38,437 nucleotides of DNA, from assembly GCA_039679675.1 (NCBI GenBank), contig JBDKUN010000027.1:1-38437 (forward strand), in the 5' to 3' direction. The stretch comes from Armatimonadota bacterium (GTDB lineage: Bacteria; Armatimonadota; UBA5829; DTLH01). The position numbers and the translations under genes were made by a program. How positions within the stretch are numbered: position 1 is the first letter of the stretch; each line of letters begins with the position of its first letter. Below, in pieces: positions 1-8,824 of the stretch. Below the pieces are notes generated by a model that was given only the letters and a program-made list of their open reading frames with translations, was not told the origin of the DNA and searched no databases.

Positions 1-125
1 GTCGTCCATTTTTCCTCCTTTTCAGAAACTTTGTGCGGTTCCTGAAAAAGAATGATGGACGACTCCTGTATATGTCAAACTCTGGGAGTCTCCCCGGCAT
101 AGCCGGGGGTTTACCTTTTTCAATT
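1..125 (-). mobile_element. Probable left end and tnpA 5' leader of an IS200/IS605-family insertion sequence; the transposase would run off the left edge
   Basis: Hairpin CCCCGGC-ATA-GCCGGGG at 92-108 followed by GTTTACC. On the minus strand: TTGACA (78-73), AGGAGG RBS (19-14) and ATG GAC GAC (9-1, 'MDD...'). The start region 1-9 is the perfect inverted complement of 55-63, so the RBS and start can be folded away as in IS200 tnpA leaders. The transposase itself is not in the window. Confidence 0.65.
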
Positions 126-285
126 AGGTGCGATTGCCCTCTGATCCTTCACTGACTGCGGCTATACATAAACAGACTGTGCAAGGCATTATGCAACAGC
201 ATTGCACAACGATCTGCAAGTTGTAGCCATCTGTTTAAGTTCGCTCGTCATGGGGTAGATTCGTTCACAGTCGGAGTGTGATTAG

Positions 286-1755
286 ATGGCAACCCCTAAG
301 GTAAAATCTTCCGTTCAGGCCCCAAAACGGGCGGTAAAAAAGGTATCTACTGCGCAAGTGTGGCTGGCAGTGCTTATTTTGACACTGGCAGCAGCCGCGC
401 TAAGGCTGTACCGGCTGGGTGACTGGAGTTTCTGGGTCGATGAGATGTTCACCCTGCGGGACATCTCCGGTACTGCCGGGCCCGGCCTGTATCACGGCAT
501 GACATACCCGCTCTCCTACTTCCTGATAAACCTCAGCGTGGGGCATTACGGCGTGAGCGAATGGAGCATGCGGATTATCCCGGCAATAGTCGGCATAGCA
601 ACACCTGCCATGGTCTATCTCCTTGCCCGAAAATCGTTCGGCGAGCTTCCGGCGGCAATAGCATCCGCGATCATAGCAATTTCCCCGTGGCACATCTACT
701 GGTCTCAGATGGCGCGGTTTTACACGATGACACTCTTTTTCTCAAGCGCCTCACTTCTGACGCTCCATCGCGGAATGGAAAACAACAAAAGAGGCTATGT
801 AGCCGCAGCAGGTATTCTGATGGCGCTTGGCGCGGCATCGCACTATTCCGCCCTCCTGATCATCGCAGCAGTAATTGTATACTCCGGGTTGATCTACCTG
901 TTCAGGTGGCAGCATCCCAGGGGGCTTAACCTGGTAAACGCTATTATATTTTTTGCTCCATTCATAATCGCGGGAATATTCGTCCTGCCGAAAGCCGCCT
1001 CCCTGTTATGTGAATACGCCGCAGGAAAGCCGACCGGAACCCATATCGTAAACCCTGTTAAGGCAGCCGGATATATGGTCTTTTCGATAGGCTACAGGCT
1101 GGAGCCATTGGTTGCAGTGCTTGCGATTGCCGGGGCTTGTATTGGAATAGCCCGGAGGGACCGTGGAACACTCTTCCTAACCTGCGCAGTAGCAGTCCCG
1201 GTGCTGTTTTTGATCTTCACAGGAATTATGTCGCATGCAGAGAACCGTTACGCATTTATCATACTGTCTGCTGCAGCGATTCTTGCGGGTACCGCCGCTT
1301 CAAATATGATAAGAATCGTCCGCGAGAAGAGCCGTCTTCTGGCTTTTGCTATCCCAGTCATCATTGCACTCCCCCTGCTCCAGCACGACGTGTCGTATTT
1401 CACCGTCTCAAATGGAGAGCGGTGGAATTACCATGCGGCTGCCGGTTTCTTGCGTGCGCACGCAAAAAATGGGGAGTTAGTCTATTCATCGATGTGGATG
1501 CCGCTTGCATACTATTTGAAAGATACCGGTCTTGTCGTGCAGGACCTAAACGCTGGTACGGATGCCCCAGGACTGCCCGGCAGCCGCTCGTGGCTTGTCA
1601 TGGAAGATGCCACGCGCGGCGAATCCACATCCAGGCAGCTTGCCGGATGGATCGATGCCAATTGCAGTCTGAAAGCCCATTTCTCCGCCTCGTCCCCCGC
1701 CGCTGATTATGGAATATCGGTATATCAAAGAGTAATCGATCATCTGTCAGATTGA
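286..1755 (+). CDS. GT-C fold membrane glycosyltransferase (PMT_2/ArnT/GT39-like)
   Basis: Many TM helices; 'LRLYRLGDWSFWVDEMFT' first-loop DE motif; 'SEWSMRIIPAIVG' and 'ISPWHIYWSQMARFY' family motifs; soluble C-terminal domain. Confidence 0.85.
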   Translation: MATPKVKSSVQAPKRAVKKVSTAQVWLAVLILTLAAAALRLYRLGDWSFWVDEMFTLRDISGTAGPGLYHGMTYPLSYFLINLSVGHYGVSEWSMRIIPAIVGIATPAMVYLLARKSFGELPAAIASAIIAISPWHIYWSQMARFYTMTLFFSSASLLTLHRGMENNKRGYVAAAGILMALGAASHYSALLIIAAVIVYSGLIYLFRWQHPRGLNLVNAIIFFAPFIIAGIFVLPKAASLLCEYAAGKPTGTHIVNPVKAAGYMVFSIGYRLEPLVAVLAIAGACIGIARRDRGTLFLTCAVAVPVLFLIFTGIMSHAENRYAFIILSAAAILAGTAASNMIRIVREKSRLLAFAIPVIIALPLLQHDVSYFTVSNGERWNYHAAAGFLRAHAKNGELVYSSMWMPLAYYLKDTGLVVQDLNAGTDAPGLPGSRSWLVMEDATRGESTSRQLAGWIDANCSLKAHFSASSPAADYGISVYQRVIDHLSD

Positions 1756-1780
1756 CACCAAGGCTTGCTCGCCATATAAT
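1752..1780 (+). promoter_or_regulatory. Consensus sigma70 promoter TTGACA-N17-TATAAT upstream of the PEP-utilizer-like gene
   Basis: TTGACA at 1752-1757 (overlaps the upstream TGA stop), 17-nt spacer, TATAAT at 1775-1780. Confidence 0.75.
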
Positions 1781-1840
1781 CACACGTGATAGTCCGCTTC
1801 CGGCGGAAACGAATTAGCTTTAGGATAAGGCCTCTTGAGT

Positions 1841-4279
1841 ATGCAGCACACCAGCAGCTTTAACATCGTCGTAGCTCTCGATCAGATCGATGACCACCGC
1901 TCCTGTGGTTCGAAGGCAGTCATTCTGGCCCGCCTGCTCAGGCTGGGTTTCCATGTCCCTGGCGGATTCTGCCTTGGCGCAGACGCATACAGGACTCACC
2001 TCTGGGCCGCAGGTGTCCGCACGCTCGCAAGAGGTATTCCTGACGCAGAGACTCGCAAATCACTGCGAAACGCAATTATAGAGCATGACCTGCCTCCCGA
2101 TGTCTTCTCCGCCCTGAAGGATGCTTATGCTTCAATGGGTGAAGATATAAGAGTTGCCGTCCGGCATTCCGCATCGGATGATGGGATCGCCGGCAAGTCG
2201 TATGAAACGGTGCTCGATGTCCAGGGGCTTCAGCCGCTGATCGATGCAGTGAAGAAAGTCTGGGCATCTCTCTGGTCAGACCAGGCTGCGGAACTCAGGG
2301 AAAAGCTGCCAGAGCAGACCGAGCCCACTATGGGAATCCTTATCCAGCCGATGGTCAATATCCGGTCGTCCGGGGTCGTGGTCGCAGCCAACCCGCTGGC
2401 GGGCAATCCCAATGAAGTACATATACGGTCCACATGGGGAGTCCACATCGATTCATCTCCTGCCGACCTTGCAGTAGTCGATCTCAAAGATTTTTGCATT
2501 AGGAGCTCATCCATTGCTCAAAAAGAGGCGATACAAAGGATCACGCCGGATGGAATCTGTCCTGAACCAGCTGCAGATGAGATGGCGCAGTCCCCGTCGA
2601 TCCTCCCGGATGAGATAGTGGAGTTGGCCGAACTGGCTGTATGGGTGGATACTTCGCTCGGCGGTCCGCACATGATCCAGTGGGCGCATGACGGCAGCCG
2701 GTTCGTGATCTTCGGGGCTCAGCCGATCGGACAGCATCGCCCGTATTTTCCTGTTTCTTGGCAGGACCGGAAAGAGGCGCTTCTGGTTTGGAGGCTGCTC
2801 TCAAACAGCCCGGCACCTGTCCTGATCAACAGTCTGCCGGTATTCCACAGAAAAAGCATCCTGGCGCTTCCGTCAGCAAAAAAGCAGCTTGCAATCCGGT
2901 GCCAGGAGGGCAGGCCTTATAAGCGGGTCATCTACCCCTGGGAAGCTCCTGGCAGATGGCCGGCAGTTCTCGATGTTATAGCCGGCGCGAAGCTTCACCG
3001 CAAATGGAAATCCGAGGCAGACCGGGTTGTGAGGGAGTGCTGGAACGATCTTTCGCATCCTGTACAAAAGCTGTCTAAACCAGAGCTGATCTCATCGACG
3101 CGGCGCGCAATAAACCGGGTCGATTCGTCTGCCCTGTGGTCTCAATCCATATCGTACTCATCCGTCAGATTTGCGCACTTGATAAAAGGCATGCTGCTTT
3201 CCAGTGGAGCAGGTCCGGCGGTGCTGCCGCGGCTGCTGCAGGGACAGGACCCTGCCTTGCTTGAAAGAGACATGGCTATTCAGCGGCTTTCAGCGTATGT
3301 CAAACAGTCGAAAGAAGATGAAGATGCCGCCGACGTACCTCAGGAGATAGCTTGCGACCTGTCCAAACAGCTCGGCTATGTGTTCGAGGATACGCGCGAC
3401 CAGTATGATCCCTCTTCCTGGCAAAGCTGGGTCGAAAACCCGAACAGGGCAGTGCAGCTTGCCGAAGCGCTTGCCCGCGGGCCGCTTTTGGACGCCGAAC
3501 TTGCCTATAGAAAATCGGCTGCCATAGCCCGCGCGTCAGAAGATGTCGCTCTTGCGGCGATCCGCTCGTCGAGGAGCAAGCTGAAGTGGCCTCTGGCCAA
3601 GCTCAAGTTCAGGATGCTGCTCCACAGAGTGCGTTCGGCTGTCGCGGCGGCGAGCGCAGCCGAACAGGTCCATGCACTGGCGCTTTCCGTGCTGCGGACG
3701 AGGCTCATCGAGCTTGGAGACCGGCTTGAAGAGGCAAGCATTCTTACAGCAGCCGAGGATGTCTTCTACCTGACTGTTGACGAGGTCTCTAATCTAAAAT
3801 TTGATGTCGATGATGCTGCGCGTAAATCGATTGCCTGCCTTATTGCAGAACGGAAGCACAGCATGTGGCTTGAAACGCGGTTGAACGCGCCGGAATGGCT
3901 CCCGCTCGGCGCTGGCCCCCGGCTGGAGGATACTCCTTCCACCGCAGGCAGGATCCTGACGGGAAAACCTATCCGTTCAGGTGAAGCCATCGGTCAGGCA
4001 AGGGTCGCACGGTCGCTGGATGACGCACTGGAGCTTCAACCGGGTGAGGTGTTGGTAGCAAAGGAACTCAGCCCGGCCTGGACGCCGCTTCTCAGCCTCG
4101 CATCCGGCCTTGTAATGCTACAGGGAAACCACCTGTCTATCGGGTCGATAGCCGCGCGCAACTACGGCATCCCCTGTGTGTCGGAAATCCCGGGAGTAAC
4201 TGCAATCATTCAGACCGGGCAGATGCTGAGGGTCGACGGCAGCGGCGGTACAGTAGAGATCGTAAAACGCAGGAGCTGA
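1841..4279 (+). CDS. PEP/pyruvate-binding (ATP-grasp) + central domain + PEP-utilizer mobile domain protein; rifampin phosphotransferase/PEP synthase-like architecture, catalytically degenerate
   Basis: N-terminal 'CGSKAVILARL..GFHVPGGF', 'VAVRHSA', 'VKKVWASLWS', 'MGILIQPMV'; C-terminal 'LQPGEVLVAKELSPAWTPLL...ARNYGIPCV...TGQMLRVDGSGGTV'. ATG at 1841 chosen; TTG at 1835 is an alternative. Confidence 0.8.
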   Translation: MQHTSSFNIVVALDQIDDHRSCGSKAVILARLLRLGFHVPGGFCLGADAYRTHLWAAGVRTLARGIPDAETRKSLRNAIIEHDLPPDVFSALKDAYASMGEDIRVAVRHSASDDGIAGKSYETVLDVQGLQPLIDAVKKVWASLWSDQAAELREKLPEQTEPTMGILIQPMVNIRSSGVVVAANPLAGNPNEVHIRSTWGVHIDSSPADLAVVDLKDFCIRSSSIAQKEAIQRITPDGICPEPAADEMAQSPSILPDEIVELAELAVWVDTSLGGPHMIQWAHDGSRFVIFGAQPIGQHRPYFPVSWQDRKEALLVWRLLSNSPAPVLINSLPVFHRKSILALPSAKKQLAIRCQEGRPYKRVIYPWEAPGRWPAVLDVIAGAKLHRKWKSEADRVVRECWNDLSHPVQKLSKPELISSTRRAINRVDSSALWSQSISYSSVRFAHLIKGMLLSSGAGPAVLPRLLQGQDPALLERDMAIQRLSAYVKQSKEDEDAADVPQEIACDLSKQLGYVFEDTRDQYDPSSWQSWVENPNRAVQLAEALARGPLLDAELAYRKSAAIARASEDVALAAIRSSRSKLKWPLAKLKFRMLLHRVRSAVAAASAAEQVHALALSVLRTRLIELGDRLEEASILTAAEDVFYLTVDEVSNLKFDVDDAARKSIACLIAERKHSMWLETRLNAPEWLPLGAGPRLEDTPSTAGRILTGKPIRSGEAIGQARVARSLDDALELQPGEVLVAKELSPAWTPLLSLASGLVMLQGNHLSIGSIAARNYGIPCVSEIPGVTAIIQTGQMLRVDGSGGTVEIVKRRS

Positions 4280-4293
4280 AAGCGGGAAACAGC

Positions 4294-5487
4294 TCAGGAC
4301 TTTGCCCGGTGTAGAATCCGGTCGGCCACGTCCGTCCACCTGGAGTTTGGATAGTCGTTTTTCAGGAGTTCGATTGTCTGAGCCGCCTTCTCAGGCTGAT
4401 TAAAGCGGTCCAGCTGTATTTGAGCAAGCTTGATCAACGCCATCTCTGCCTCAGAACTCCCATGAGCTGCGCCTGCAATCCGGACAAGCATACCGGAAGC
4501 TTCCTCCACCTCTCCGAGCGACTCTAAAGAGCACGCAAACCTGAAGGCAGTGTTCGGATTGAGTGCAGATTCTGGCCAGAACCTGAGAGCTTCCTGCAGG
4601 CAGGCTAAAGCTTCTTCCTGCTGTCCTCTCTTACGGTAGAGCTCTACCGCGTCAAGGTAACTTGCGGTCGAGCCTATCTGGTCGCCAAGATGCGCCCGAA
4701 TCCGCCCCAACTCGCCGTAAGCGAACGGATCAGACGGATCGGCTCCGGCAAGCGCCCTAAACTGCTCGGCAATATCGAACAGGGTCTTTCGCCGCAGTTC
4801 CTTCAAGCTCGCCTCCGGGGATTGCCGGCTATCGTGAAGGACCGTCAGCCAGGCTGCGGCCATTCCAAAGACAAACCCTCCAATGTGTGACCAGTAACCG
4901 ATGCGGCTGACATCTATCGGGCCGATATGGGTGGTAAACATTCCAGCAATACCGAACCCGGCCTGAATGACAAGCCAGGAAAGGATCAGATATATCGAAG
5001 GAATATTCGCTTTGTAAATTTTTATTCTTTCCTGGTTGAACCTTACGGCGTAAATCCCCATCACACCGGCCACTGCGCCCGAAGCCCCGACTACCGGAAC
5101 ACTCAGAAGCTCCGGCGGAAGGAAAGCAAGGGCTATCAGCACGTGGAGCAGCGAAGCCATAAACCCGCTTCCGATGTATAACAGCAGGAAGATGACCGGC
5201 CCCGTGACACGCTCCACTTTGCGCCCGAAAAGCCACAGGAAAAAGACATTTACAAGCAGATGCGTCAGGTCGAAGTGAAGAAATATGGTAGTAAATAGCC
5301 TCAGAAACTCAAGCCGTTCCGGGATGAGCCCGTACCTGTTGGCAAGATCTGCATGATCGCCGGGAAGTGCACCTATGAAGAGGATAATGTTGAGAGCGAC
5401 GAGGCTGAGCGTAGCCAAGGGAAAGGCTTCCGCCTGCCCCGCTGCAGCTTTCCATATGTTTTTGGAGTCGCCCCTCTGTTCGATCAT
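4294..5487 (-). CDS. Rhomboid intramembrane serine protease with C-terminal TPR-like domain
   Basis: 'FLHFDLTHLLVN', catalytic 'VGASG' and 'WSHIGGF'; C-terminal helical repeats ending 'LLKNDYPNSRW'. Confidence 0.9.
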   Translation of the reverse strand: MIEQRGDSKNIWKAAAGQAEAFPLATLSLVALNIILFIGALPGDHADLANRYGLIPERLEFLRLFTTIFLHFDLTHLLVNVFFLWLFGRKVERVTGPVIFLLLYIGSGFMASLLHVLIALAFLPPELLSVPVVGASGAVAGVMGIYAVRFNQERIKIYKANIPSIYLILSWLVIQAGFGIAGMFTTHIGPIDVSRIGYWSHIGGFVFGMAAAWLTVLHDSRQSPEASLKELRRKTLFDIAEQFRALAGADPSDPFAYGELGRIRAHLGDQIGSTASYLDAVELYRKRGQQEEALACLQEALRFWPESALNPNTAFRFACSLESLGEVEEASGMLVRIAGAAHGSSEAEMALIKLAQIQLDRFNQPEKAAQTIELLKNDYPNSRWTDVADRILHRAKS

Positions 5488-5671
5488 ACAGCATACTACC
5501 TACCGGGTTTCATCTAATACCTGAAACCCTCCCGAAACTGAAGGTTACTCAGCAATTATACTCTTCGTGAAAAAGCCGTGTAAATACTCTTTAGCGCAAT
5601 CTATCCGCTTGTCAAAATGATGGGATGACAATTAACATATCCGTAAGAATACAGAAACCGAGAATTGTAAT

Positions 5672-6829
5672 ATGGCGTATGTAAAAACAGGCATCGAAAT
5701 ACTGCTTGACCGGAGATCAGGCCCGGTCTTCGATGGGAAAACCGGGCTTATCACCAACCGGAGCGCGGTCACTTCTGATCTGACCCCGTCGTTCGATGCT
5801 CTTCTTGAGGCCGGAGTCAATATCACGTCACTCTTCGCCCCGGAGCACGGCATAACGGGACAGGCCGCCGACGGAGAGCATATAGCGTCCTTTGTCGATG
5901 AAAAAACGGGAATTCCGGTTTACAGCCTGTACGGAACCTCGAAGAAACCGGCACCGAAGATGCTTGCAGGTGTCGATGTGCTCCTTTTCGACATTCAGGA
6001 TGTCGGCGCGCGGTTCTACACCTTTCTTTACACGATGGCTTACGCTATGGAAGCCTCCGCAGGAGCCGGTAAACCGTTCATCGTGCTCGACAGGCCCAAC
6101 CCCATCGGCGGAATGAGCATAGAAGGGCCGGTACTAGACCCTGAGTTTTCATCTTTCGTCGGCCTTTATCCGGTCCCTGTCCGGTATGGGATGACCATAG
6201 GCGAATTCGCCGGGATGATCAATAAGGAGTTCGGGATAGGAGCGGAACTCACCGTCGTTCCGCTCTCCGGCTGGAAACGGGAGATGTGGTTCAACGAGAC
6301 CGGGCTTCCCTGGGTTCCGCCGTCTCCCGCAATGCCGTCTTTGGAGGCCGCCGAGGTCTACCCCGGAGCATGCCTTCTGGAAGGGACGAATGTCTCAGAA
6401 GGAAGAGGCACAGCGATGCCGTTTCAGACAACCGGCGCACCGTGGATCGATGGTTCCAAGCTTGCAGACGAGCTTAACCAAGCGAATCTACCGGGAATTC
6501 ACTTCAATCCCGCAAATTTCACCCCTTTGTCCTCCAAATATACAGGGCAAGAGTGTTCGGGGGTTTTCTGGCAAGTCACAGACAGGGATAAGTTCCTGCC
6601 GGTTATGACCGGAGTGAAGGTTATCGAGGCCATCCGCCGTTTGCAGCCAAAGGAGTTCGAATTCAGGAAGACGGGAGCTGATGGACGCTGTTTCTTCGAC
6701 CTGCTTGCAGGAACGGACCGGCTGAGACTCGATATAGAGTCAGGCCGGTCCGCCGAAGAGATAGCCGCCGGTTGGGAAGACGGCATCCGAGAGTTCTGCG
6801 CCGTCAGAAGACGCTGCCTGTTGTATTAA
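5672..6829 (+). CDS. namZ: Exo-beta-N-acetylmuramidase NamZ/YbbC family (DUF1343)
   Basis: 'LFAPEHG', 'FDIQDVGARFYTF', 'VLDRPNP', 'WVPPSP', 'NVSEGRGT'. No obvious signal peptide. Confidence 0.9.
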   Translation: MAYVKTGIEILLDRRSGPVFDGKTGLITNRSAVTSDLTPSFDALLEAGVNITSLFAPEHGITGQAADGEHIASFVDEKTGIPVYSLYGTSKKPAPKMLAGVDVLLFDIQDVGARFYTFLYTMAYAMEASAGAGKPFIVLDRPNPIGGMSIEGPVLDPEFSSFVGLYPVPVRYGMTIGEFAGMINKEFGIGAELTVVPLSGWKREMWFNETGLPWVPPSPAMPSLEAAEVYPGACLLEGTNVSEGRGTAMPFQTTGAPWIDGSKLADELNQANLPGIHFNPANFTPLSSKYTGQECSGVFWQVTDRDKFLPVMTGVKVIEAIRRLQPKEFEFRKTGADGRCFFDLLAGTDRLRLDIESGRSAEEIAAGWEDGIREFCAVRRRCLLY

Positions 6830-6872
6830 CGCAAGAGCTTCAGCGCAGATCCCTCGTCCGCATTTTAAAATA

Positions 6873-7652
6873 TCAGAATTTTCCCGAGCGGACGTCGCTG
6901 ATATATGCGCGGAACGCATCCTTCAACTGCCCGGCGATCTTCGTATACTGTTTTGCATGTTTTGGGACGAACTCTTCCGAATACCCGATGAGGTCGTGCA
7001 TCACCTGAACCTGACCATCGCAGTCAGACCCTGAGCCTATCCCTATGGTCGGGATCAGAAGTTCGTTCGATATCCGTTTTGCAAGATCAGGTGTTACGAG
7101 TTCCAGCACTATGGCAAATACACCGGCTTCCTGCAGCGCCTTAGCATCCTGGCGGAGCTGGAGAGCTGCATCATCTCCTCTTCCCTGGATACTGTACCCG
7201 CCGAACTGGTGCACAGACTGGGGTATCAACCCCAAATGCCCCATAACCGGGATCCCCATACCGGTAAGCTTTTTGACTACAGGCAGGGCAGCAGCGCCGC
7301 CTTCCAGCTTCACGGCCTGTGCTCCGGCTTCCTGAAGCATCCTCCCCGCGTTACGAACGGCATCTTCTACACTCGTCTGATAGGACAAGAAGGGCATGTC
7401 TGCAACCACTAACGCATGCTTTGTTCCCCGAACGACTGCGGATGTATGGTGGACCATCATGTCCATCGTCACCGGCAGAGTATTCTCGAAGCCGAGGACT
7501 ACCATTCCGACGGAATCCCCGACCAGGATAACATCTACTCCGGCTTCATCCATGAGCTTCGCAGTCGGATAATCATACGCCGTGAGGACAGTTATCTTCT
7601 CGCCCCTCTCTTTCATCTCTCTTAAACTTGGAGCGGTGACTCTTGATTGCAT
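6873..7652 (-). CDS. panB: 3-methyl-2-oxobutanoate hydroxymethyltransferase
   Basis: 'LTAYDY', 'ILVGDS', 'ADMPFLSY', 'VKLEGG', 'GHLGL.PQ', 'IPTIGIGSG..CDGQVQV'. Confidence 0.97.
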   Translation of the reverse strand: MQSRVTAPSLREMKERGEKITVLTAYDYPTAKLMDEAGVDVILVGDSVGMVVLGFENTLPVTMDMMVHHTSAVVRGTKHALVVADMPFLSYQTSVEDAVRNAGRMLQEAGAQAVKLEGGAAALPVVKKLTGMGIPVMGHLGLIPQSVHQFGGYSIQGRGDDAALQLRQDAKALQEAGVFAIVLELVTPDLAKRISNELLIPTIGIGSGSDCDGQVQVMHDLIGYSEEFVPKHAKQYTKIAGQLKDAFRAYISDVRSGKF

Positions 7653-7705
7653 GTTACATTACCTTTCTACAGAGTTTTGCAGTCGATACAGCATCAAATA
7701 TCATT

Positions 7706-8821
7706 TCAGCCAAAACTCTTGGGACAGAATATTGACCCAATATACCACCCAAACAGCATTCCTGTGAATACCACATTTCCGCCGAAGATCAAAATCGAGG
7801 CTAAACCCTTGGAGTATAGCAGGGCGGAGAAACATACTATGGCAGCCGTAGCCAAAAACACCTTCAGCACGCTCTTCGACACAGTATTCTGAATAATCGA
7901 GAACAGCAGGTAGATCCCCGCAGCGCCAACGAAGAAGATCGGGCCGAAAAACAGCAGAATAAGCCCCGTCGGGACAATCGCCCATGACCTGTCGGTCGCC
8001 TCGAATATCAGCTCATCATCCGGGTGGTTCACTATCCCGTTTATCCCAAGGAGAAACCCGGCAAGCACACCCTCCCCAAGCATCATCCAGACGAGGTTCC
8101 AGCTCCAGGTATCGATCAATGTCAGCTTGTAATCAGTGAGAAACGAGATCGGTTCTCCGGGATAGATGTTTATCAAGGGCAGCGCGAACACGGCGATAGC
8201 CCACCCCAGCGCATTCAGCGCAATAACCTTCCCGGACGGCCTACTGTCCGGCTCATCCCATGAAAAACTGACGGGAGCGGACTGCTCGATCAACTTTTCG
8301 AGCTTTTTCTGGCTGTCCATGTCCCCGGGTTGGAGCTGGACAGCATAATTGTACTCGTTGATCGCAGACTCATAGTGCTTTTGCGCCCTGTAGACATCGC
8401 CGAGTATCGCATGGGCGCGCGCACAGGACCTGTCCAGCTTAAGCGCCTCCCTGCAGAGCGACTTGGCTTCGATCAGCCGCTTTTTTATAAACGCCATTTC
8501 GGCATCTTTGATGAGTTTATCGACCGCAATGCGAGTATTTACAGCGGGCCGGGCAGGACTGGCCGGGCGTACTGCACTCGAAGGATGGCGAACGGGAACC
8601 GGTTCGGCCAGGGTCGAGTCGTACATCCAGCGTTTTTCGGGGTCGGCCAGCGTCTTGTAGGCTTCAGTTATTCGGACGAATGTTTCCGCTGCCGATTCTT
8701 TATCTTTTGCGACATCCGGGTGGTACTTGCGGGCAAGCTGGCGGTATCTCTTTTTTATGTCTGCTATACTTGCGTTTTTTGGCAATCCAAGGATTTCGTA
8801 GTAACTCTGCTCGGCGCACAT
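7706..8821 (-). CDS. J-domain (DnaJ) protein with TPR region and multi-pass C-terminal membrane domain
   Basis: 'YYEILGL...YRQLARKYHPD'; TPR-like 'AHAILGDVYRAQKHYESAINEY'; about 5-6 hydrophobic helices at the C-terminus. Confidence 0.85.
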   Translation of the reverse strand: MCAEQSYYEILGLPKNASIADIKKRYRQLARKYHPDVAKDKESAAETFVRITEAYKTLADPEKRWMYDSTLAEPVPVRHPSSAVRPASPARPAVNTRIAVDKLIKDAEMAFIKKRLIEAKSLCREALKLDRSCARAHAILGDVYRAQKHYESAINEYNYAVQLQPGDMDSQKKLEKLIEQSAPVSFSWDEPDSRPSGKVIALNALGWAIAVFALPLINIYPGEPISFLTDYKLTLIDTWSWNLVWMMLGEGVLAGFLLGINGIVNHPDDELIFEATDRSWAIVPTGLILLFFGPIFFVGAAGIYLLFSIIQNTVSKSVLKVFLATAAIVCFSALLYSKGLASILIFGGNVVFTGMLFGWYIGSIFCPKSFG

Positions 8822-8824
8822 TGT

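Noticed and set aside
1841..4279. Rifampin resistance gene (rph) or functional PEP synthase
   Set aside because: The canonical phospho-His and several ATP-grasp residues are replaced; only the architecture is shared.
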